NCBI GenBank assembly: GCA_963693365.1
Contig: CAVNZM010000014.1
Coordinates: 1,612,001-1,676,000, forward strand
Source of the DNA: Amoebidium appalachense
Lineage: Eukaryota > Protista > Ichthyosporea
DNA length: 64,000 nt
Reading direction: 5' to 3'
A model generated the notes under the pieces. That model ran no database searches and was not told where the DNA came from. It saw only the letters and a program-made list of their open reading frames with translations. How positions within the stretch are numbered: the stretch's first letter is position 1; every line of letters starts with the position of its first letter. Of the stretch, positions 55,995 through 64,000 are shown in pieces. Position numbers and translations under genes: made by a program.

Positions 55995-57049
55995 AAGGAG
56001 ACACCGCCTCAGTAGGTGGTAGCACGCACGCACACACGCGTGCACACGTACTACAGTGTCACGTGCATACACACACACACACGCACACACACACAACCGC
56101 CCACCCACCGTGACTGTCGTGGCAACAACCAGAGTGTATACCAACTACTCTAACTATCTGCACGCTTAAAGGGGCTCGAAACCGTGTATACGTATAAACT
56201 TTTCTTTGAGTTGGGTGGGAAGCGAGTTTTTTGTGTTCTGAGAAGAACTTCCAAAAGCCCGCGACCCCGCGAGACACTTCACAGACACGCGGCCCACTGG
56301 CCAGACAAATACCACAGTGACATTCAGCCAATCACAACACTCCCTCCCCCACAGACTACACGCACTCCACACCATTGGCTACCGCGACCTCAGACACCCC
56401 TACAGCACTACAACACGTACACACGTTTACTCACAATACATATAAGCATACACACACGCGAGCAGGCAACATGGGTCTCGCCACGCACACAGCAAGAAGC
56501 AATACAACATTTAACATGGAGAGTACGCAGAGGCATGGGGCATGCACGCGCGCACCAAACAATCAGCCGCCGCTGCATCAGATTCTCCCCATACCACTGA
56601 TTAATCTCCTCATACCCCATTTAGACCCCGGCATCACTATGCAAGAAAACCCCCGAAATTAACTCATCAAAACACAAAATATAGAAGTAAACTAATACGA
56701 ATCAGCTCAGCACATGACAGTGACCCACACGCACACACACACACACACACACACGCACACACACACTGTAGACATGGTTGTGTACATTCACGTGCACACC
56801 GTGCTGTTCCCCCACAACCAGTCTACGTGCCTTTGTGTCTTCTCGCCAGAGGCTGGAATAGAGCCTCGGAAGCAGCTACCAATCGGCTGCATCACTTTTA
56901 GCTGTATTCCTTATTAGGGCAGTTGCTCTGCACCGTAAGTATGCAGTTAGGAGCGATGCAAAGAACGTGAACACTTTGCCAGCATGTATCTTAGGTGTAC
57001 GGCACACACTGTGTGCCGTAGACACTTTATTGGGCACTAGACATACACA

Positions 57050-57425
57050 TGTAGCACTGTAGTATAACTTGAAGCTAGATTATGATCACCCAGGAGAAGC
57101 TCATGTACTCATGTATATGTCATGTACTTTATTTTAAGTAGGGCCACATGCCAATAATTGGCTGTCGCCTTACAAAAGTATGCGAGCAGTGCTCTCCGGA
57201 CCGGCGGAAACCAAGGGACTATAAAAGGCTGGTACATTCCAGACTTGGGTCACTTGGGCGGGGCTGTGTGTCCGAGTAAACGTTACACTAGTCGTGCGGT
57301 GTCAGACTAGCTGTAGCACCCGCTTTCTTGTCTCTATACTTACGTGCTTCTCCTAGCCTGCATATGTTAACTAGGGCATAGAATAAGTGTATACACACCC
57401 TGGTTTTCACTGGCGACCGCAGGCA
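57050..57425 (+). mobile_element. Probable Gypsy-like 5' LTR plus PBS
   Basis: TATAAAA at ~57220, ...TTTTCA end at 57409, then TGGCGACCGCAGG (complement of a tRNA 3' end, Arg-like by inference). The LTR start (TGTAGCA at ~57050) is a guess because no second LTR is in the window. Confidence 0.5.
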
Positions 57426-57852
57426 GTCGAAGGTCTAGAGCGTTGGCATTAGCGTTTTTAGACTTTCGGGTGAGGTTTTATTTGTGGAAATTATTGACAT
57501 AAATATTTTTCTGGGTAAAAACGTAGGATGGGTGTTCGATACCAACATAACCATGTAGGCTTCATTTCGTGTTTTAGCAGTTAGCGGTTGGCTGCCCGCA
57601 CACGGGCACCTATTAGCCAATCAAAACATCAGATACCACAGATCACTAGACCGAGTTATGACTGGCTCGGATCAGATTTCACATATCACTAGATCGGTTT
57701 TTGATTGGCTCAGATCGGTAGGCTTAGGTATATAAGCACGACAGTTTTTAGCAGATCAGCAAGCTACAAACACATCTTCTGTGTTTAGCATCCACAGCCT
57801 TACAGCTATATATTCCTTTTCATTCTCCCTATCTTTCCCTACGCCGGTCAGC

Positions 57853-59023
57853 ATGCCGCCGAAAAAGCGCCAGGCCTCAGCCGCCGCCCCTGCCGCGGCA
57901 CCTAAGCGCCTGACCCGCAGCGACCTCCGCCACAGGCTGACCAACGCTCCCGCGGACACTGACGCGCCTCCAGCGGCCCATACCACCACGGACCCGGACC
58001 CGCCGGTTACTCTCCCCTCCACTCCTGAAGTCCCCCCTCAGGCCCCGCCGTCCCCGCAGATGACTTCTCAAGACGCCGTCCTTGCCGCCCTCACCGCCAT
58101 CAGCACCCAGATGGCTGGCGTTCTGGCTGCTCTCACCAACCGCGACCCTCCCGCGCCCCCCGCCGCGCCCTCCACACCCGGGGAGGTTTCCCCGGGGCTG
58201 CATCTCGGCCCTGACCTAGACCTACCTGCCCTGCCCGCGCCCCCCATCACAGGTGAGAACACTGGCGACATTCAGCCGGGCACCCTCCCGCTTCCCCCCG
58301 CGGATGAGCTGGCAGATTTGCGCGCCAATCGTTTCGTCGACCTGTATAAGTTCACCCCTGCCGCCCTCCTGGCCCCATCCAAGAAAGGTCAGCATCTGCG
58401 CATGGCCGACGACGGCAGCATCGAGACTTTTCGCCAAGACAAACCCGTTCCCCTGCGTTCACTCGTCATTTGGATCCAAGCTTGGACCCATTACATGGCC
58501 GCCAAGCACCACCTCGGCCTCCCCACGGACAAAGACGTACTTTGGACTCAGCACATCACTCGCCTCAGCACCCGATACCCGTGGGCCCAGATCCACAACT
58601 ATGACGTATACGCCCGCACCGTTGCCCACCAGCAGGGTCGGGCTCCGATCGAGTGTCCCAACCTGCTCGCCCAACTCCACCAGGATCTCCTCCTGCCACC
58701 CACTCTGCTCATCCCGGACGCATGTCAGCGAGTGTGGCTTCCCCGACCACCCCAGCGCGGCCTGCCCCATGTACCCCAAGCCCGGCTGTGGTCTTGACGG
58801 CTTTAAGCCGCCCCACAAGCCCGGCGGGGGTCAAACCCCTAACCGCCCTGGCCCGCAACCCGGCCCGGCAAGACCGGCCCGACCCGTGGATCTACCCGCG
58901 ACGCACTGCAGGAATTTCCACATTAACGGTCGGTCCTGCGCTAAGCAGCCCTGCCCCTTCTCCCACGTGTGCCCGCTCTGCTCTGGCACACACCCCCGCA
59001 AAGACTGCAAGCACAATGCCTAG
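57853..59023 (+). CDS. Gag-like ORF1 of Ngaro copy 2 (frameshift near 58730)
   Basis: Same protein as 40398-41567 but split over two frames at CQR|CG. Confidence 0.85.
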
Positions 59024-59412
59024 TCTACGCGCACACCCACACACACAGCTAGAACATAGGGGTTAGGAGCTAGGACACACGAGTACAGGGAAACGGAGCT
59101 CGGGAGAACGGGCCAATAGGGCTGAGTACAAAATTTCGCAGGCCAACTACGGCGCCCGCGCGCGTCAAGAATAAATGTCCCTACACAAAGACGTTTATTC
59201 TGGCCACTGCACATAATTTTACTCCCCCCCCCATCCCACGAGCCTCCCCCCCCTTACACTCACCTAGCACTCCCTCCCCCCCCCTTCTTCTACCTCTGTG
59301 TCCGCCCACACCCCCGCGTGCTCGGGCACATTCCCCTGCACAGGGCCCCGCTGCCCTCCCTGCCAACCCTCACTTGGGCCCAGCTGCCCTACTCTAACCC
59401 CCCGGGGCCCTG

Positions 59413-59454
<42 letters not shown>

Positions 59455-59459
59455 CTGCC

Positions 59460-61146
59460 GGGATCTCCCCAAGGGTACACCACCCTTGCTAACCACCCCT
59501 TCCCCCGAGGCTCAGACCCGGAGGCCCGCCCGCTGCCCCAGCACCACATTGACACCTCCCGCCTCCGGGAACTGCTGGCCTCCTACCCGGACCAATCATT
59601 CGCCGCACAACTCCTCCACGATGTCGAATTCGGTGTCGACATCGGCTATCGCGGCCCCTCCACCTCTCGGGTGGGCCCCAACCTACCCACCACCCCGGAG
59701 GCAGCTGCCGCTATCACGGCGGATATTGCCAAAGAAGTCGCCCTCGGCCACCTGCGCGGCCCCCTCTCCCCGGCCCAATTCTTTGACGAATTTCCGGTCC
59801 ACCGTTCCTCCCCCATCGGCGCCGTTACCAAGAAAGGGAACCCCCCCAAGTACCGTCGAATCCACCACCTCTCCTGGCCCCGGGGTAGCAGTGTCAATGA
59901 CAGCATCACCTACCCCGACGAACTTCAGTACATTCGCGCCCGGGATGTCACCCAACTCATTCTCGACGCAGGCCCCGGCTGCTACATGGCCGTGGCAGAT
60001 GTGCAGGCTGCCTTTCGGCACATGCCCATCCGACCGGAAGACCACCACTTAATGGCATTCAAATGGCAAGGGCATTTTTACGTTGAAACCAGACTGCCCT
60101 TCGGCCTGAAATCTAGCCCAGCCATCTGGGAACGGATCGCGGCCACCCTACAGTGGCTGGCACACCAGCACGGTATTACCCTCATCCGCCACTACGTAGA
60201 CGACTGGATTATAGTCGCCCCCACACAAGAGCAGTGCCAACGTCACCTATCCACCTTCCTGCAACTCTGCCGAGAGCTGCACATTGCCATCTCCGAAGAC
60301 AAGATGCAGGGCCCCGGCCGGCCACCTGTGTCGTCTTCATCGGTATCGAATTCGACTCCATCGCCATGGAGGCACGAATCCCGGCTTCCAAGCTCTCGGA
60401 CCTACTCAACCTCACTTCCCACCCAAAGCCCACCATCACCATTCGGGACCTCCAGTCCCTCCTCGGCAAACTCACCTGGTGTGCCCAGCTGCCAGTGGTT
60501 CCCCCCGGGAGGGCCTTCTCCCAGCGCCTATGGGCCCTTCTCCGGACCCACCCACACCTTGCCGGCCACCACCACATACGACTGACTGCTGCCGCCCGGG
60601 CCGACCTAGCCGAATGGCACCAGTTCCTCACATCATGGAATGGGGTGCACCTCATCAAACCCCCCACATACACCACCCTGGCCACTGATGCTGCCGGATC
60701 GGTGGGTCTAGGAGGCCACTGGCTCGACCAATGGTTCTTCATGCCCTGGTCCCCCTCCACCCAAGCCCTCTATGCTCATGAGGGTAAACTCGGTTCTTCC
60801 GTCATCGAACTCCTGGCCATCGCAGCCGCCGTGGCCCTCTGGGCCCCCTCCTGGTCCACCCACCATGTCCGTATTTTATGCGACAACACGGGTGCTGTGT
60901 CTGACCTGCACTCCCGGTCTTCCCCCCACCCCGTGATGGCCAAACTTATTCGGTTCATCACCCGCATGGAAATGCAATACCAATTTACGTTACAGGCATC
61001 CTACCTACCAGGACCCCTCAACCATCTGGCCGATGCCATTTCTCGTAACCAACTTCCCCGGGCCCGACGACTCCGACCTTCCCTGCAACCGGAGCTCTGC
61101 CCCTTCCCCTCCTGGGTCCACGAGTTCCTATCCCTTCCCTTGGGCT
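59460..61146 (+). CDS. RT/RNase H of Ngaro copy 2 (frameshift near 60315)
   Basis: YVDD and RNase H motifs as in copy 1, with small insertions relative to copy 1 at ~60315 and ~60490. Confidence 0.88.
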
Positions 61147-61205
61147 CAACCCCCCCCCCCCCCCCCCCCCAGATCTCCCGTTCCGGAGCAACTTGCACTG
61201 GCAGA

Positions 61206-62237
61206 TTGGCCCCCCACTTTGCTCCGGCCGAGCTGCTTCGAGCCACCACTACCCTGCAAGAATGCCAGGCCCTGAGTCTCAACCTCGACTCTCGGGCCTT
61301 TTACTCCCGGGTGCAAAAAGTGTTCATCGATTTCTGTGTGGCATCTCGGCTGCAATCCTCCTCCGGGTCCTCCCTCCCGGCCTCCCCACACACCGTGCAA
61401 CTTTTTCTCGCCTGGTGTGCCCAACGAGGGGTACAGGCCTCTTCCTTAACCGGCTACAATTCGGCCATCACCAGGCTCCACCTCGACATGGGCCTCCCTG
61501 CTCCCTACCCCCACGACAAGTCTCTGGCCTGGTTCCTACGGGGGGTGGGCCGATGGCAGCTTTCTCACAACATCCGACCCCGCTCATCCACCAGGGAACC
61601 CCTCCTCCCCTCCCACCTCCGCCTACTCCATGGCCAGTGCCCCACCACGGCCTCCTCGGCCAATCTCCGGCTATGGACGGCCCTCATCGTCGGTTTCTGT
61701 GGTCTCCTCCGTTCAGGGGAATTTACCTCCAAGACCCTGACTTCCTTCGACCCGTCCCGTCACATTAAAAGGAAGGACGTGACCTTCAGCTACACCCCCA
61801 CCGGTACTTTGTCCCATGCCACCCTCCACCTGCCAACCTCCAAGACGGATGTACAGGCCCGAGGTGTCAACGTCACCCTAGCTGCCCTGCCCCTCACCCA
61901 CTTCTCCCCAGCCCATCTCCTCCGGCAGTTCCTGGATACAACGTCCGGTCAACCCGACGACCCCCTCTTCAGTCTCGGTGGCATCCCCTACACCAAGAGT
62001 GCTTTCTCTGCCGATTTCCGTGCCCTCCTCTCCCGGGCAGGCCTCTCACCCTCCCGGTTTGCCGGACACAGCCTCCGCATCGGGGGGGCCACAGCACTGG
62101 CTGAGGCCGGGGTCGACGACTCCCGGATCAAACAACTCGGCAGGTGGTCCTCCGACTGCTTCCTGATCTATACCCGACTTCGTCCGGCCTCCATTGCTGC
62201 CACCACCACACGTGTATTCGCCTCTATTCTTAAGTGA
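61206..62237 (+). CDS. Tyrosine recombinase of Ngaro copy 2
   Basis: R..K..HSLR..GRW..Y catalytic set; nearly identical to 30449-31483. Confidence 0.92.
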   Translation: MAPHFAPAELLRATTTLQECQALSLNLDSRAFYSRVQKVFIDFCVASRLQSSSGSSLPASPHTVQLFLAWCAQRGVQASSLTGYNSAITRLHLDMGLPAPYPHDKSLAWFLRGVGRWQLSHNIRPRSSTREPLLPSHLRLLHGQCPTTASSANLRLWTALIVGFCGLLRSGEFTSKTLTSFDPSRHIKRKDVTFSYTPTGTLSHATLHLPTSKTDVQARGVNVTLAALPLTHFSPAHLLRQFLDTTSGQPDDPLFSLGGIPYTKSAFSADFRALLSRAGLSPSRFAGHSLRIGGATALAEAGVDDSRIKQLGRWSSDCFLIYTRLRPASIAATTTRVFASILK

Positions 62238-63304
62238 AACCTTTGGAGCAAGCATACTGCTCTCGTGCCGTGGTTTACAACCATTGCAGGTTCACTTTCG
62301 TCCAAGGGGATGTCCCCCTAGAGGCAACACACGTCCCGGAGTAGTTTTCATAGAGGTTTTATTTGTGGAAATTATTGACATAAATATTTTTCTGGGTAAA
62401 AACGTAGGATGGGTGTTCGATACCAACATAACCATGTAGGCTTCATTTCGTGTTTTAGCAGTTAGCGGTTGGCTGCACGGGCACCTATTAGCCAATCAAA
62501 ACATCAGATACCACAGATCACTAGACCGAGTTATGACTGGCTCGGATCAGATTTCACATATCACTAGATCGGTTTTTGATTGGCTCAGATCGGTAGGCTT
62601 AGGTATATAAGCACGACAGTTTTTAGCAGATCAGCAAGCTACAAACACATCTTCTGTGTTTAGCATCCACAGCCTTACAGCTATATATTCCTTTTCACCC
62701 ACCCACCTACACCCACACACAACCCCCATTGATCCACACATACGTGCTGTTTTTTCACGGGGCGAAGACTTCCCCCGTTTTTTGGGCACATGGACCTCAC
62801 GGATCAATAAATTGATGACTGGGGGCTTGCCGTGGTTTACAACCATTGCAGGTTCACTTTCGTCCAAGGGGATGTCCCCCTAGAGGCAACACACGTCCCG
62901 GAGTAGTTTTCATAGATAGACTGATCACAATCAAGCGATTTTGCACATTCTTTACGGTAAACAGTCCGGAAATTTCTCCTAGTTACAACTTTGTGATTGG
63001 TTGGGATTCGCGCTGTGTTCCTGTGATTGGATACCTAAAATTTGTTGGCCACATTTGGGTGTTTGCGCCATCAACTTGGTATCAGGCGTGCTACTGCGAA
63101 GGTCCGACTTTCACCGTGAACGTGGGTGGCTGCCAGCGTAGCTGGAGCTGCTTGCACTGTGCTTTGCAAGTGCAACCGGTGGTACTGTGTGACAGTGACC
63201 ACTGGGAGGGTAGGCTGCTGTGTTGGGGCCGTGGGCACGACCAGTAGGGAACCCTTTTGACACGTTGGTGTGAGCCACTGTGGTGGCAAGAACGTGCAGC
63301 TGAG

Positions 63305-64000
63305 ATGGCTGGCACTGGGGCTGAGAGAGGCGGGCGCCGTTCCCGCAGTCGCAGCCGTGAGCCTGGCCGGCGGTCGGCCACGCCTGAGGGCGGTCGGGAG
63401 AGTTCCCCTTATGATTCTGGTGAGTGTGCTGATGATTCCTGTGTGTGTATGGCTCCGCCCATGTCTGGGCTGGGTGACGATACAGAGACACGTGGCATAC
63501 ACACACCTGGCCGTCGTGTTATGCCTGCTACTCAGTTGCGTGGGCGCAGGACTCTTCGGGGCACTAGGCCTATTAATGTTGCTGCTTTCCATGTTGAGCC
63601 TGAGTCTGATGATTCTGAGTGGGAGCAGAATGGGTCTAGCGAGAGCTCGGGGTCTGAGAGTGACGAGGGTGGTGACTCAGATTACGAACCCCAGTCACCT
63701 GTGCGCTCTCCTGGTGTGTGTGATCGTGTGGGGGATGGGGATGACGTTAGTGAGAGTGATGGTTCTGAGTCTGAGCCTGATCTGACTGTACCCCCACCTG
63801 CACCTGACCCTAGCACACAGGAACGTTCTTTACTTGATCATGCCGCTGAGGTTATGGGGGTAGATGCTAGCAGCACGGAAGAAGTGTTGCGCCGGCAGAC
63901 TGAAGCATTGCGTGCATTCGAAGCCCTGCGAGAAGCTGGGTGGGTTCCTGCTAAAAGGAGGGGTGCACGTGGTGTTGGCAGTCAGGCTGGTGGGAATAAA
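63305..64000 (+). CDS. Open acidic/low-complexity ORF running off the window, probable gag N-terminus of the Gypsy-like element
   Basis: ATG at 63305 (MAGTGAERGGRRSRSRSRE...) has no stop to 64000 (232 codons), so it is absent from the ORF track. It lies about 0.45 kb after the PBS once Ngaro copy 2 is removed. Confidence 0.5.
   Translation, partial: MAGTGAERGGRRSRSRSREPGRRSATPEGGRESSPYDSGECADDSCVCMAPPMSGLGDDTETRGIHTPGRRVMPATQLRGRRTLRGTRPINVAAFHVEPESDDSEWEQNGSSESSGSESDEGGDSDYEPQSPVRSPGVCDRVGDGDDVSESDGSESEPDLTVPPPAPDPSTQERSLLDHAAEVMGVDASSTEEVLRRQTEALRAFEALREAGWVPAKRRGARGVGSQAGGNK

Larger units (their letters stand above)
57472..62916 (+). mobile_element. Ngaro-type tyrosine-recombinase retrotransposon copy 2, structurally complete
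   Basis: Split direct repeats A1 (57472-57822) ... B1 (62266-62354), A2 (62353-62697), spacer, B2 (62828-62916). It encodes gag, RT/RH and YR with no methyltransferase domain, and has no TSD. Confidence 0.94.

Noticed and set aside
60153-62237. 694-aa RT/RNaseH-YR fusion protein as a novel architecture
   Set aside because: Copy 1 has TAA at this junction. Read-through in copy 2 depends on small indels beside a C-run, so it is copy-specific or an error.

Overview
Eukaryotic genomic DNA with spliceosomal introns and dense poly-G/poly-C, (CA)n and (CT)n tracts; the organism cannot be identified from sequence alone. The left 7.6 kb holds two head-to-head intron-containing host genes: a PQBP1-like WW-domain gene (minus strand, runs off the window) and POP7/Rpp20. 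Next is an intronless orphan gene for a protein with about 8 TM helices, set between CA/TG-rich tracts. From about 17 kb to the end is a nested pile of mobile elements: (i) a six-exon, ~1530-aa DUF6729-type DDE-transposase-like gene with a complete WRN-like 3'-5' exonuclease inserted inside its putative catalytic core (the most unusual item); (ii) a decayed PIF/Harbinger; (iii) two copies of an Ngaro-type tyrosine-recombinase retrotransposon, one interrupted by a young full-length Ty1/Copia (925-bp LTRs, GTGGT TSD); (iv) a 12 x ~183-bp tandem array; (v) a piggyBac transposase; (vi) a CACAGC-terminated non-autonomous element; (vii) the probable 5' part of a Gypsy-like element split by the second Ngaro. 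Several frameshifts sit exactly in homopolymer runs and may be sequencing errors. All family assignments come from motif recognition by eye, not from database searches.
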